DNA from: Candidatus Omnitrophota bacterium
GTDB lineage: Bacteria > Omnitrophota > Gorgyraeia > Tantalellales > Tantalellaceae
Length of the DNA: 64,000 nt
Assembly (NCBI GenBank): GCA_014728075.1
Contig: WJMG01000091.1
Coordinates: 13,181 to 77,180 of the forward strand
Direction: 5' to 3'
Shown: piece by piece, positions 26,529 through 36,307 of the stretch
Numbering within the stretch: position 1 is the stretch's first letter
Layout: every line of letters begins with the position of its first letter
Notes under the pieces: model-generated
Databases searched by the model: none
Seen by the model: only the letters and a program-made list of their open reading frames with translations
Told to the model about the DNA's origin: nothing
Made by a program: the position numbers and the translations under genes

Positions 26529-28970
26529 ATGAAGAAAATTTTTCTGCTTATACCGCTTGTTGCTTTAATGGCAGCATGTCCTTTATCGGCCGAAGACGCG
26601 GTTTACAGGTCTGATATGGATTTTGCCCGGAAAGCCATAAAGGACGGATTTTACGATCTGGCGGAGAACAAGTTGAATTCCGTGCTTCTGTCCGAGATCC
26701 CCCGTGATATGCAGGCGGAAGCTCATCTGTTGCTGGGAAGGGTATACCTGGAGAAAGGCCTTTCCACTAAAGCTCTTACCGAGTTCAATTTCGTTATAGG
26801 CCGGGATGTAAGTGAAGACTTTCTTGCCGCGGCTACTTACTGGGCAGCGGAGGTCTATTTCAGGGAAGGCGAATTCGAACAGGCTCTTTCGTATTATCAG
26901 TCGGTTATCGAGGATTTCCCTTCCAGCGAATATGTAAAGTATTCGTATTTTTCACAGGCCTGGTGTTACGAGGAAATGGCGGAATACGAACTTGCCCTTG
27001 AGGTGTTTGGTGATATTTTGGAGCTTTATCCGCACAGCAGCCTGGCCCTTGACGCCAAATATAAAATAGCGGAAGTGCTTTACAGTTCCGGAGAACTCGA
27101 TCGCGCCAAGGTACATCTCAGGGAATTCGCGTCGGCTTACCCGGTCAGCGAGAAGATATTCGATGTGTATTACATGCTGGCGGATGCGCAATACAGGACC
27201 GGCGAATACCTGTTGAGCATAAACAACGCGAAGAAAGCCGTAAAAGGAGGGGTCGGTGCCCCCTGGCGCGCGCAGGCCGAATATATGATCGCAACGGCCC
27301 TTCTGCGTTCGGGCAACGCTTCAGAAAGCGAGAGCTGGTTCAGGAAAGCCGCTTCGGACTCAAAGGACCCGGAGATCACCGCCGCCGCTCAGATGGGGAT
27401 AGCGCGCATTAACATGGAAAAAGGGGATCCGGAAAAGGCCGCGGAGGCCGCCAGGACCGTGGTGGAGGAGATACCCGGGAACAAGTGGACCGATGACGCT
27501 TATCTGATGTTAGGCGAAGCCTGTTCGGCTACCGGAAGGCACGGGCGCGCGGCCGAAGTTTACGAAACAGCCATAGAGGCTCTTCCGGGGGCGGAGCTCT
27601 CCGGTGAGTTCCATTATAACCTGGCCTGGGCATATCTTTCTGACGGCCGCGAGGAAGACGCTCTTGAGGCGTTCGACAGGACCGTCGAGGAGGCGGACGG
27701 GGAAGAAATAGTGGCCAGTGCTCTTTGCAGTATCGGCGACATACTCCAGGGAAGGGGCGAGTTCTACAGGGCAGTGGATGTTTACGACAGGGTGCTGAGG
27801 GATCATCCCAAAAGCCTCCTGGCCGACCACGCTCAGTACCAGGTCGGTTCCATTATGAAAGAAGAGCGCAGGTTCGATTCGGCGATCCTGGCCTTCCGTT
27901 CACTGCTGGTAAATTTCCCGTCATCTCCGCTTAAGGATAAAGCTGTTTTTCAGCTGGGACAGTTGTATTTTGCCAGGGGCGATTTCAAGGGAGCGGCGGA
28001 GCAGTTCAGGCTTCTTCGGGAGGAGTACCCCAAAAGCAGGCTGGCTGAAGAAGCGCATATGCAGGAAGCGATAGCTCTTTACAACGCAGGGGAATACCCC
28101 GAAGCGATAAAAAGATATAATGCCATTATCGCGTCTTCTCCCGGTGAAGACATGGCCCTCCGGGCAAGATATAACCTGGGGTGGGCTTATTTCAAGACCG
28201 GTAACGAAGCCAGGGCCCTTGAAATTTTTAACAGGATACTTAACGAGACCTCCGATCCCAGGTTCGCCCCGGGGATCAAACTGTGGTTCGGGGAATATTA
28301 TTACGGCAAGGGGGATTTCGATAAAGCCGGACGCTATTTTTCCGAGGTTACGGCGGAATACCCCGATACGAAATACGCCGAAGAAGCTTCCTACTGGCTG
28401 GGATGGGCCCTTAACGACTCCGGGAGCACCGGCAAAAGCATCGAGCATTTCCGCAAAGTCCTGGAAGAGATGCCGCGAAGCGGGCGGGCGCCGCAGATAG
28501 TGCTTACGCTCGGGGACATCTACAGAAAGAACGGGGAGCATCACCGCGCGATCTCCATGTATAAAAGGCTTTTAAGGGATTATCCCGAAAGCGGCATAAC
28601 CAACATCGCGAATAACCGTATCGGTATGATCTACAAGGAACAGGGGAAATTCGACCTGGCCATAGATTATTTCCGTACTTCGATCACGGGTTCAAATACA
28701 GAGACCAACGCCCAGATACAGTTCGATATCGCGGAATCACTGGAAATGTCCGGCCGTGTGGATGACGCCATCGAGGAATACCTCAAGGTGGAATACAAGT
28801 ATCCCGCGGGGGAATACTGGGTCATGAGGGCCCATTACAAATGTGCCCGGCTTCTCGAGCTTACGGGAAGACCGGAAAGGGCGCTTAAGCTTTACCGGAA
28901 ACTTGCCGACGGTGAAGGCCGTGAGGCGGCTTTCGCCGAGGAAAAACTGAAACTTTTGAAGCAACGATAA
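26529..28970 (+). CDS. Secreted tetratricopeptide-repeat protein (CpoB/BamD-like repeats)
   Basis: Signal peptide followed by many TPRs with YP.S turns. Confidence 0.85.
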   Translation: MKKIFLLIPLVALMAACPLSAEDAVYRSDMDFARKAIKDGFYDLAENKLNSVLLSEIPRDMQAEAHLLLGRVYLEKGLSTKALTEFNFVIGRDVSEDFLAAATYWAAEVYFREGEFEQALSYYQSVIEDFPSSEYVKYSYFSQAWCYEEMAEYELALEVFGDILELYPHSSLALDAKYKIAEVLYSSGELDRAKVHLREFASAYPVSEKIFDVYYMLADAQYRTGEYLLSINNAKKAVKGGVGAPWRAQAEYMIATALLRSGNASESESWFRKAASDSKDPEITAAAQMGIARINMEKGDPEKAAEAARTVVEEIPGNKWTDDAYLMLGEACSATGRHGRAAEVYETAIEALPGAELSGEFHYNLAWAYLSDGREEDALEAFDRTVEEADGEEIVASALCSIGDILQGRGEFYRAVDVYDRVLRDHPKSLLADHAQYQVGSIMKEERRFDSAILAFRSLLVNFPSSPLKDKAVFQLGQLYFARGDFKGAAEQFRLLREEYPKSRLAEEAHMQEAIALYNAGEYPEAIKRYNAIIASSPGEDMALRARYNLGWAYFKTGNEARALEIFNRILNETSDPRFAPGIKLWFGEYYYGKGDFDKAGRYFSEVTAEYPDTKYAEEASYWLGWALNDSGSTGKSIEHFRKVLEEMPRSGRAPQIVLTLGDIYRKNGEHHRAISMYKRLLRDYPESGITNIANNRIGMIYKEQGKFDLAIDYFRTSITGSNTETNAQIQFDIAESLEMSGRVDDAIEEYLKVEYKYPAGEYWVMRAHYKCARLLELTGRPERALKLYRKLADGEGREAAFAEEKLKLLKQR

Positions 28971-28999
28971 ACCATCGACGGTAAATGTCAGGAGGGAGA

Positions 29000-29632
29000 A
29001 TGTGGGAACTTGTAATTAAGGGCGGGCCTTTGATGTTCTTGATAATACTATGTTCGGTCATAGCGGTAGCCGTGCTGATCGAGAGGTTGTGGTATCTTCA
29101 CAACGCCCGGATAAATACCGCTGATTTTATGGAGGATATATCCGAGACATTGCGACGGAACAAGGTGCTGGACGCTATCGATAAATGTAACGCGATGCCG
29201 GGTCCCATAGCCCGTATATTGAAAGCGGGGATCCTGAAGCACGACAGGTCGAGGGTCGAGATCAAGGAAGCGATCGAGGACGCGGGCCTTCACGAAGTGC
29301 CCCGCCTTGAAAGTAACCTGGGTGTACTGGCGACCATAGCCCATATATCCCCGCTCCTGGGCCTGCTGGGCACCGTTACGGGGATGGTAAGGTCCTTTCA
29401 GGTGATAGAGCAGAAAGCTACGGCTCTCATGCCGGTGAACCCCGGTGATCTCGCCGGAGGCATATGGGAAGCTCTTATTACTACCGTCGCGGGACTTGCC
29501 GTGGCTATCCCTACTTATGTGGCCTATAACTTTCTGGTAAGCAAAGTAGACGGTTTCGTGCTGGAGATGGAGAAGAGCGCAACGGACCTGGTTAACATAC
29601 TAGGGGCCAAGAGAGAAGAAGATGAAGTTTAA
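29000..29632 (+). CDS. MotA/TolQ/ExbB proton channel protein
   Basis: KGG..M, PLLGLLGTVTGM, GIWEALITTVAGL; SD GGAGGGA before ATG 29000. Confidence 0.93.
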   Translation: MWELVIKGGPLMFLIILCSVIAVAVLIERLWYLHNARINTADFMEDISETLRRNKVLDAIDKCNAMPGPIARILKAGILKHDRSRVEIKEAIEDAGLHEVPRLESNLGVLATIAHISPLLGLLGTVTGMVRSFQVIEQKATALMPVNPGDLAGGIWEALITTVAGLAVAIPTYVAYNFLVSKVDGFVLEMEKSATDLVNILGAKREEDEV

Positions 29633-30014
29633 ACGGAAAACCTTTCTGGAAAAAGGCAGGCTCGATATAGCGCCTCTTATAGATGTGGTGTTTCTGCTGC
29701 TTATTTTCTTCATGCTTACTTCCAGCTTTATTTTTCAGCCCGGTATACGGGTCAACCTTCCTAAAGCGGTGACCAGCGAGGTCCTTCACAGGGAGGTAAT
29801 GGTGGTTACGGTCACGGAGGATAATACCGTGTTTATCGACGAAAGGCCGGTGGAGGGTGAAGAGCTGCTTTCCCGGATAACGGCCGCGGGGAAAAGTTCC
29901 CAGCCGCTGCTCATAAAAGCGGACCAGCAGGCCGATCTCGGCAAAGTGATCGAGATATGGGACCTTTGCCGTCAGGTTGACATAAAACAGATAAACATCG
30001 CTACGACCCAGTAA
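29622..30014 (+). CDS. ExbD/TolR biopolymer transport protein
   Basis: PLIDVVFLLLIFFM, VNLPKA, IKAD. Confidence 0.93.
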   Translation: MKFKRKTFLEKGRLDIAPLIDVVFLLLIFFMLTSSFIFQPGIRVNLPKAVTSEVLHREVMVVTVTEDNTVFIDERPVEGEELLSRITAAGKSSQPLLIKADQQADLGKVIEIWDLCRQVDIKQINIATTQ

Positions 30015-30025
30015 AAGGGTTCTTT

Positions 30026-30727
30026 ATGCCTATATCAAGGACGCTACGAACTGCTATTCTTATCTCCGTGGGAGTACACCTGGCGGGAATGTCAGCGGTC
30101 GAGATCATTACTCCGGAAGGCCTTGAGAGGATCAAGCCTTTTACCCAGGTGGATTTTCTCGGGCCTATACTTAAAAAGACAGCGTTCGAGATAATGATAG
30201 AGCATTCCGAACCCGGGTTCTCAACAGCTTACGGGGAGTTCTCGGCGGCCCCGGCGGGCGGATACTTGAAGGTCGCCACGCCCAGGCGTAAATTCTCGGT
30301 CGAGAGGTATCCCGGATATTTCGGCATATCTCCGGCAGCGGGTGTTTTCGATTTTCTTTCCGGGAGCAAGAGCCTTCCGGATATGATGCTTTCCAGGCCA
30401 ATGCTCGGGGAGCCGGCGGTCCCGCGGACCGGGCCCTTATCCGGAGGCTCTTCCGCCGAAAGGCAGGTGGTTCACAGGCCCGAACAGCCCAATCTTCTCA
30501 GGGGGCTTTACGGGAATGAAGCCGGTTTCGCGGTGAGGTTCAGGGTGCTGGTGGATCGTGCGGGTAATGTAAAGATGGCGGAGCCTTTGACCACTACAGG
30601 GTTCCCCCAGCTTGACCTTAAAGCGGCCGAATATGTTAAGAGCTGGATCTTCGCTCCGGCTAACACAACAGAGCCGGGAGAGGAGTGGGTAGAAGTTGAG
30701 GTCCTCCTTGAAACGGGAGGAAGATAG
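30026..30727 (+). CDS. TonB-like energy transducer
   Basis: N-terminal TM with SxxxH (SVGVHL); C-terminal VRFRVLVD..G.V...TTGFPQLD..A...V..W.F.P TonB_C pattern. Confidence 0.75.
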   Translation: MPISRTLRTAILISVGVHLAGMSAVEIITPEGLERIKPFTQVDFLGPILKKTAFEIMIEHSEPGFSTAYGEFSAAPAGGYLKVATPRRKFSVERYPGYFGISPAAGVFDFLSGSKSLPDMMLSRPMLGEPAVPRTGPLSGGSSAERQVVHRPEQPNLLRGLYGNEAGFAVRFRVLVDRAGNVKMAEPLTTTGFPQLDLKAAEYVKSWIFAPANTTEPGEEWVEVEVLLETGGR

Positions 30728-30985
30728 ATGGTCAAACTGGATATTTCAATGGCCCTGTTCTTTTACCTGCTTTTTACCGCGGTCTTTATGCTTATTGTCT
30801 GGTCCTTCTTCGATCTGGGCACCGGGCTTAAAAGCTACGGGTCCGATGAAAAATATATCTGGCATTGCCCGATATGCGCTTATAATTATATCGACAGCCG
30901 GAACGAGGAGATCTCGGTATGCCCGAGGTGCAAAAGCTATAATCAGCGGGTAGATAAAGAAAAGATCCTCAAGGATAAAGCGTAG
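30728..30985 (+). CDS. Small membrane protein with zinc ribbon
   Basis: N-terminal TM; CPIC...CPRC; SD GGAGG; abuts the TonB stop. Confidence 0.75.
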   Translation: MVKLDISMALFFYLLFTAVFMLIVWSFFDLGTGLKSYGSDEKYIWHCPICAYNYIDSRNEEISVCPRCKSYNQRVDKEKILKDKA

Positions 30986-31019
30986 ATCAGATTTTGACCT
31001 TAAGCCAAAAGGAGGTAAA

Positions 31020-31226
31020 ATGATAACCAAGATAGGTCTGGCGGCGGGAGATATATGGAATTATCTGGAGAAAAAACACGGTTCTTCTTCTTTCAGCGAG
31101 ATAGTGGAAGGGTTGGGTCTCAAAAAAGAACTTGCGCTCATGAGCCTCGGCTGGCTGGCCCGGGAAGGGCATATCGTCCTTGATACGGAAGACGAGGATT
31201 TTCTTGTAAGGCTCAACAAAAAATAA
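31020..31226 (+). CDS. Winged-helix protein (DUF2582-like)
   Basis: IGLAAGDIWNYL...MSLGWLAREG pattern; SD AGGAGGT. Confidence 0.8.
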   Translation: MITKIGLAAGDIWNYLEKKHGSSSFSEIVEGLGLKKELALMSLGWLAREGHIVLDTEDEDFLVRLNKK

Positions 31227-31236
31227 GGAGATCGCC

Positions 31237-31551
31237 ATGGAAGAGATGATCTATGAACCGGCGGTGGCGGAAGACGAGAGACTCGTAGGCGGGGAAGGGT
31301 CCGTAGCGGAAGCGGTTCCTATAAAACCACCGCTCAGGGTCGTGGACCACAGGACTATCAATAAGAAATTCGGATGGTGGGCGGCCGTTGTAATGATCGA
31401 GAGTTACGCCAAGAAACAGGTCTGTTTTTATCTGTGGCAGAAAAAGGACGGTACTTGGAAAAGAAAACAGAAGTTCGGGATCCATTCAAAGTCTGACTGG
31501 AAAAAGATGAAGGAGGCGGTGGATTCTTTCGCGGAAGAACTCGATGATTAA
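31237..31551 (+). CDS. Hypothetical protein, Trp/Lys-rich
   Basis: SD AAGGAG and host-like codon usage; no family recognised. Confidence 0.7.
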   Translation: MEEMIYEPAVAEDERLVGGEGSVAEAVPIKPPLRVVDHRTINKKFGWWAAVVMIESYAKKQVCFYLWQKKDGTWKRKQKFGIHSKSDWKKMKEAVDSFAEELDD

Positions 31552-31574
31552 CTTCGTTCGGGAAAGGTTTGTTT

Positions 31575-31650
31575 TGGTGGAGCTAAGGGGGATCGAACCC
31601 CTGACCTCCTGATTGCGAACCAGGCGCTCTCCCAGCTGAGCTATAGCCCC
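31575..31650 (-). tRNA. tRNA-Ala (anticodon CGC), CCA encoded
   Basis: Reverse complement GGGGCTATAGCTCAGCTGGGAGAGCGCCTGGTTCGCAATCAGGAGGTCAGGGGTTCGATCCCCCTTAGCTCCACCA; cloverleaf with G3:U70 pair. Confidence 0.97.
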
Positions 31651-31720
31651 ACCGAAGTTTTAATATTATAACATTTATCAGTAAGGTGTAAACAGAAAAC
31701 TAAAAAGATATTTTTGGAGA

Positions 31721-32206
31721 ATGATGAAAAGCAGCCCGGTAAAAGCAGTTTTAACCGCCTTGATGATGTGCGCGGTACTTTCGCCCGTTGCGCCGTGTTT
31801 CGCGGACAGCGGCCCTATACGCGTTAAGCTTGAGGTGATAGGGGACTGGCGGATAAACAGGGAAGTGGAAAGTTTCCTCGAGACATACATCGCTTCCTGC
31901 GAAGGGGTCGAGGTGGTCGATTCGGCCCCGAGGGTCTACATACATGTTATAGCGCGGGGAATAGATACGAATAAAGGAAGGCGCCTTGGTTATGTAATGG
32001 CTTCAGCAAGTTCGGAAATAATGGAAATGGTCCTGGACAGCGGCCGGGAACGGGTAATTACCGACTATAACGGCCTCTGGATGGAAACCGGACCGGATCT
32101 CCGCAAGCTTTGTGAACAATGCGCCGTGGCCATAGACGCCGGGGTTTTCGATAAATACAGGGCCGAAGTTGTTTCCGCGGGGCCCGGAACGGAAGAGGAA
32201 AGATGA
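31721..32206 (+). CDS. Hypothetical secreted protein
   Basis: Signal-peptide-like N-terminus; ATGA overlap with the next gene. Confidence 0.7.
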   Translation: MMKSSPVKAVLTALMMCAVLSPVAPCFADSGPIRVKLEVIGDWRINREVESFLETYIASCEGVEVVDSAPRVYIHVIARGIDTNKGRRLGYVMASASSEIMEMVLDSGRERVITDYNGLWMETGPDLRKLCEQCAVAIDAGVFDKYRAEVVSAGPGTEEER

Positions 32207-33069
32207 AAGGAAGCTTCAAACGGAAAAGAATAGCGGTTTTGCTGATAGGCGCGGTGTTTTGCGCCTGTGCCGCCGGTTGCGGCGGAAAGGACCCCGGCGA
32301 TGAGGTCATAGCCTCCGTGGGGAACACCCGGATAACGGTGAACGATTTTAACGAAAGGGTCTCTAACCTTCCTCCGCGGTATCAGAGAATAGCAAAAGCG
32401 CGTAAAGGCCAGTTCCTGCAGGAGTTGATCACGGACATTCTGCTTTATAACGCCGCCCTCGAGAAGGGAGTGGACAAGGACAGGGAAGTCCGGAAAATGG
32501 TGGAGGAGGCGAAGAAAAAAATACTGATAGCCAGGCTGCTTAAAGACGAGGTTAACGAAGCCGTTACCATCACCGACGAGGAAGTGGAGGAGTATTACCT
32601 GAGTAATCCGGTAAGGTACATGACCCCCGAGATATTAAGGGCATCCCACATCCTTCTGCTGAACAAGGATGACGCGGAAGAAGCCGTCAGGGCTCTGGAT
32701 GCAGGCGTGCCTTTCGAGGAAGTGGCCAGGGCAAAATCGGTGGACCCGACCGCGCAGAACGGCGGTGATATAGGTTATTTTCCCAGAGGCCAGCTCATGC
32801 CGGAATTCGAAAAAGCCTGCGCCGGTCTCGAGGTGGGTCAGGTTTCCGGCATAGTCCGTACCAGTCTGGGATACCATATAATCAAACTTACCGACCGGCG
32901 GGATCCCGTGTTGAGACCCCTGGAGCAGGTCGAGGATTCCATCCGCGCCAGGATCGCCGCCAGGAAGAGAAGCGAAGCTTTCAGTTCTCTTCTCGCGGAA
33001 CTTAAGCGGGATACGGAAGTTAAGATAAACGAAGAAGCTTTATCTATGGACCCGGAAAAAGAAAAGTAA
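32203..33069 (+). CDS. Parvulin-type peptidyl-prolyl isomerase lipoprotein (PrsA-like)
   Basis: Lipobox-like AAGC; ASHILL, NGGDIGYF, GYHIIK. Confidence 0.9.
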   Translation: MKGSFKRKRIAVLLIGAVFCACAAGCGGKDPGDEVIASVGNTRITVNDFNERVSNLPPRYQRIAKARKGQFLQELITDILLYNAALEKGVDKDREVRKMVEEAKKKILIARLLKDEVNEAVTITDEEVEEYYLSNPVRYMTPEILRASHILLLNKDDAEEAVRALDAGVPFEEVARAKSVDPTAQNGGDIGYFPRGQLMPEFEKACAGLEVGQVSGIVRTSLGYHIIKLTDRRDPVLRPLEQVEDSIRARIAARKRSEAFSSLLAELKRDTEVKINEEALSMDPEKEK

Positions 33070-33106
33070 GCGTTTTAACGATACAACATGAAGGGAGGGA
33101 TATAAC

Positions 33107-34078
33107 ATGTCAGCAAGGACAAGAAGATATGCGGCGGTATTTTCGTTGCTGTTGTTCGCCTGTGCCGGTCTCACCTGTGTTTCGTCTCATGCGGTTATGG
33201 TCGATAAGGTGATAGTGGAAGTTAACGGCGAGGTTATAACACAGCGAGAATTTGACAGGACTTTCGACCCTATCAAAGCCCAGATAGAGGCTAATTTTCA
33301 GGGTGAAGAACTGCAGAACCGCCTTGAGATGGCAAGAAAGGGGGTGCTGGAGCAGCTTATCAATTCAAAACTGGCGATAAGCGCGGCGAAAAAAGCTGAT
33401 ATAGAGATAGACGAACAGGAGCTGCAGCAAAGGATAGAGAGGATACAGTCCTATTACGGCAGCAGGGAAGAATTCCTGAAGGCCCTTGATCAGAAAGGAA
33501 CCAATCTGTCCGAGTTCGAGAAGGAGATCAGGGAGCAGATGCTCGCCCAGCAGGTCGTCCAGAAAGAGATCTCCGGGAAAATAACCGTGGCGCCGGGAGA
33601 AGTAAGCGAACTGTACGAAAAAAACCGTGAAAAGCTCATCTCTCCGAAAAGCTACAAGGTAAGGACCCTGATGGTCCGGAAATCCGGCGAGGATAACAAG
33701 GCGGAAGACCGCGCTAAAGCCGAGTCCATCCGTAAGGAAATAAAGGAAGGCGCTGATTTTTCCGAAGTGGCGGCCTCCAGGTCCGAAGGGCCCTTTGCTG
33801 ATAAAAAGGGTGATATGGGGTATATCGTGCAGGGACAGTTGGCGCCGCCTCTCGAAGAAGTAGTGCTCGGGCTCAAAGAGAACGAGATCTCACGGGTCGT
33901 CGAGACGCCCATAGGATTCCATATATTCAAAGTGGAAGATATCGAGGAGCCCAGGCAGCTTTCCCTTGAAGAGGTCAACGAGTTCCTGAAGGACCAGCTC
34001 TATAAGAGAAAGTTCCAGGAAGAGCTGGTCGAATGGCTCGAGAAAGAAAGGGAGGAAGCCCATATTTCCTATAAATAG
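33107..34078 (+). CDS. surA: SurA-like chaperone/PPIase
   Basis: VDKVIVEVNGEVIT SurA N-terminus, parvulin GDMG..GFHIFK; surA-pdxA-rsmA synteny. Confidence 0.8.
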   Translation: MSARTRRYAAVFSLLLFACAGLTCVSSHAVMVDKVIVEVNGEVITQREFDRTFDPIKAQIEANFQGEELQNRLEMARKGVLEQLINSKLAISAAKKADIEIDEQELQQRIERIQSYYGSREEFLKALDQKGTNLSEFEKEIREQMLAQQVVQKEISGKITVAPGEVSELYEKNREKLISPKSYKVRTLMVRKSGEDNKAEDRAKAESIRKEIKEGADFSEVAASRSEGPFADKKGDMGYIVQGQLAPPLEEVVLGLKENEISRVVETPIGFHIFKVEDIEEPRQLSLEEVNEFLKDQLYKRKFQEELVEWLEKEREEAHISYK

Positions 34079-34097
34079 AAAACTGGTCTTTCTCACC

Positions 34098-35063
34098 ATG
34101 GGGGACCCGGCGGGCATCGGCCCCGGTATTATCCTGAACGCGCTTCGCGACATCCGGACCGGTGATGGCGTCCTCTATGTTGTTATCGGCGACAGGGATG
34201 TTTTCAACGGCCTTGCGGGGCCGGGTGTTCTGCGGGAGGTGTCCCCGGAAGACGCGGCCGCTTTCCGTTTTCCCGGATCCGGGATATCTCTGGTTGACCC
34301 GGGCGGAGCACTGGAAGGGAATGTTTTCGGCAAACCTACGGAAAAGGGCGCGGCAAAATCTCTTAGCTGTATAGACACGGCGGTTGATCTCGTGAAGCGG
34401 ACACCCGAGGGCATTAAGTCCGCTATCGTTACGGCCCCTGTCAGCAAGGAAGCGGTTGCCGCCGTATGCCCCGGATTTGTGGGGCATACGGAGCATCTTC
34501 AGAAAGCTTTCGGCGCTGAAAAGGTGACGATGGTAATGGTAGGCGAGAAACTCAAAGTCGTGCCCGTAACACGCCATATCCCCCTTAAGGATGTTCCCGG
34601 AAGTCTTACACCTGAACTGATCGTGGACACTATACGACAGGTAGTGGCGGACAGGTATATAGTTTCCGGGGCGGAAGACCCGTCTATCGCAGTTTGCGCG
34701 CTTAACCCTCATTGCGGGGAAGGAGGCAGGATCGGCAGGGAGGAATTAGATATTATAGGGCCCGCCGTGGCCGCCGCCGCGCGGGATTATCCGCGCATCA
34801 AGGGGCCGGTTTCCGCCGATGTGGTCTTTTACAAAGCATTGAAAGGCGAAGTGGATATAGTACTCTCGATGTACCACGATCAATGCCTTTCGCCTTTCAA
34901 AATGGTGGACTTCGACAGGGGTGTGAACATGACCCTGGGACTCGGGCATGTAAGGACCTCGCCGGACCATGGCACGGCTTTCGATATTGCCGGAAAGGGG
35001 ATCGCGGACCACGGTTCCATGCTGGCGGCGATAAAACTGGCTTTAAGGGCCGTGGAAAATTAA
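34098..35063 (+). CDS. pdxA: 4-hydroxythreonine-4-phosphate dehydrogenase (true start probably slightly upstream)
   Basis: MGDPAGIGP, GHTE, LNPHCGE, MYHDQ, RTSPDHGTAFDIAGKG. Confidence 0.93.
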   Translation: MGDPAGIGPGIILNALRDIRTGDGVLYVVIGDRDVFNGLAGPGVLREVSPEDAAAFRFPGSGISLVDPGGALEGNVFGKPTEKGAAKSLSCIDTAVDLVKRTPEGIKSAIVTAPVSKEAVAAVCPGFVGHTEHLQKAFGAEKVTMVMVGEKLKVVPVTRHIPLKDVPGSLTPELIVDTIRQVVADRYIVSGAEDPSIAVCALNPHCGEGGRIGREELDIIGPAVAAAARDYPRIKGPVSADVVFYKALKGEVDIVLSMYHDQCLSPFKMVDFDRGVNMTLGLGHVRTSPDHGTAFDIAGKGIADHGSMLAAIKLALRAVEN

Positions 35064-35068
35064 AGGCT

Positions 35069-35923
35069 ATGGACCTGAGGAACTTAAAGTCTGTATGGAA
35101 AGAGATCGGATTCCGGCCGGACCGTTCTCTCGGGCAGAATTTCCTTATCGACAAGAATGTACGGAAGAAGATACTCGATAACCTGAGGCTTAAAGGGGAT
35201 GAAACGGTTCTGGAGATAGGGCCGGGGTTCGGGATGATGACATTTGAACTTGCGGGTTCGGCCGGGGAGCTTATCGCGGTGGAAAAAGACCGCAGGATTT
35301 GTTCGGTAATGAGGCCGTTCTTTAAGGACGCGGGGAATATCCGGCTTGTGAACGGTGACATAATGAAGACGGACATAGCCGGTCTTATAGGCGGAAGGGC
35401 CTCAAGGGTCGTTGTTTACGGGAATGTGCCTTATTATATTTCCACTCCTATCATCGGGAAAGTTATCGAGGAGGGGAAAGGGGTAGACAGTTTTTTTGTG
35501 GTCATACAGGAAGAGCTTGCGGACAGGCTTACCGCGCCGCCCGGTTCACGGACCTACGGATCGGTCAGTTGTTATGTCCAGTATCACACGAAGCCCAGAA
35601 AGGTCATGCGTGTGAAAAAGAACTGTTTTTACCCCGTCCCGAAAGTCGACTCGGCCCTTCTAGAGATGGAACTGGTGCCGGAAAAGACGGTTAAGCCCGC
35701 AGATCCTCAGCTTATGTTCCTGATAATCCGTAAGGCCTTTTCTCAGAGGAGGAAAAAGCTTGTCAATCCGCTCTCCGGAGGCGGGATCCGCGGTATTGAC
35801 AAGAAAGGATGGATACAGATCCTGCAAGGCGCAGGTCTGGACCCTTCCAGCAGGGCCGAGGATCTTTCCCTTTCGGATTACGCGGCTATAAGCGATATTG
35901 TTCACGAAGGGGCCGTTCGGTGA
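35069..35923 (+). CDS. rsmA: 16S rRNA adenine dimethyltransferase
   Basis: LGQNFL, EIGPG, GNVPYYIST, FSQRRK; start moved to ATG 35069. Confidence 0.95.
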   Translation: MDLRNLKSVWKEIGFRPDRSLGQNFLIDKNVRKKILDNLRLKGDETVLEIGPGFGMMTFELAGSAGELIAVEKDRRICSVMRPFFKDAGNIRLVNGDIMKTDIAGLIGGRASRVVVYGNVPYYISTPIIGKVIEEGKGVDSFFVVIQEELADRLTAPPGSRTYGSVSCYVQYHTKPRKVMRVKKNCFYPVPKVDSALLEMELVPEKTVKPADPQLMFLIIRKAFSQRRKKLVNPLSGGGIRGIDKKGWIQILQGAGLDPSSRAEDLSLSDYAAISDIVHEGAVR

Positions 35924-35989
35924 CGAGGGTCGTCTCTCTGGCGGTCATTCTTTACTTATTTATACCGATGTGCTATTGTATCTTCTATT

Positions 35990-36307
35990 ATGCGCAAAGA
36001 TAAGAATAAATATTCTATATCCATAGAAGATGTATCGTACGCGGCGAGGCTTTCCCGTATTGAACTCGAATCCGATAAAATGGGAAAATTCCGGGAGCAG
36101 CTCAACGATATTCTTGTGTATATAGACCAGCTTAACGAGGTCGATACCGAAGGGGTCGCCCCCACCAGCCATGTTCTTACTTCCATGAGGAATGTTTTCA
36201 GAGAGGATGAGCCGGGCACTTCACTTCCGAACGAAAAAGCCCTGGCGAACGCTCCCGCAAAAAGCGGTAATTTTTTTAAAGTTCCGAAAATAATCAAAGA
36301 ATCCTGA
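35990..36307 (+). CDS. gatC: Asp/Glu-tRNA amidotransferase subunit C
   Basis: ARLSRI, LNEVDTEGVAPT, FFKVPKII. Confidence 0.93.
   Translation: MRKDKNKYSISIEDVSYAARLSRIELESDKMGKFREQLNDILVYIDQLNEVDTEGVAPTSHVLTSMRNVFREDEPGTSLPNEKALANAPAKSGNFFKVPKIIKES

Noticed and set aside
26529-28970. Repetitive signal in the TPR gene as a DNA repeat or CRISPR array
   Set aside because: Repeats are degenerate and at protein level only; no repeat-spacer array or cas gene was seen anywhere in the window.
31575-31650. tRNA-Ala as an island integration site
   Set aside because: No duplicated 3' end seen, no integrase, and neighbouring genes have host-like composition.
34712-35068. 119-aa Arg/Gly-rich N-terminal extension of RsmA in the ORF track
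   Set aside because: Overlaps pdxA in another frame; RsmA homology starts at ATG 35069.
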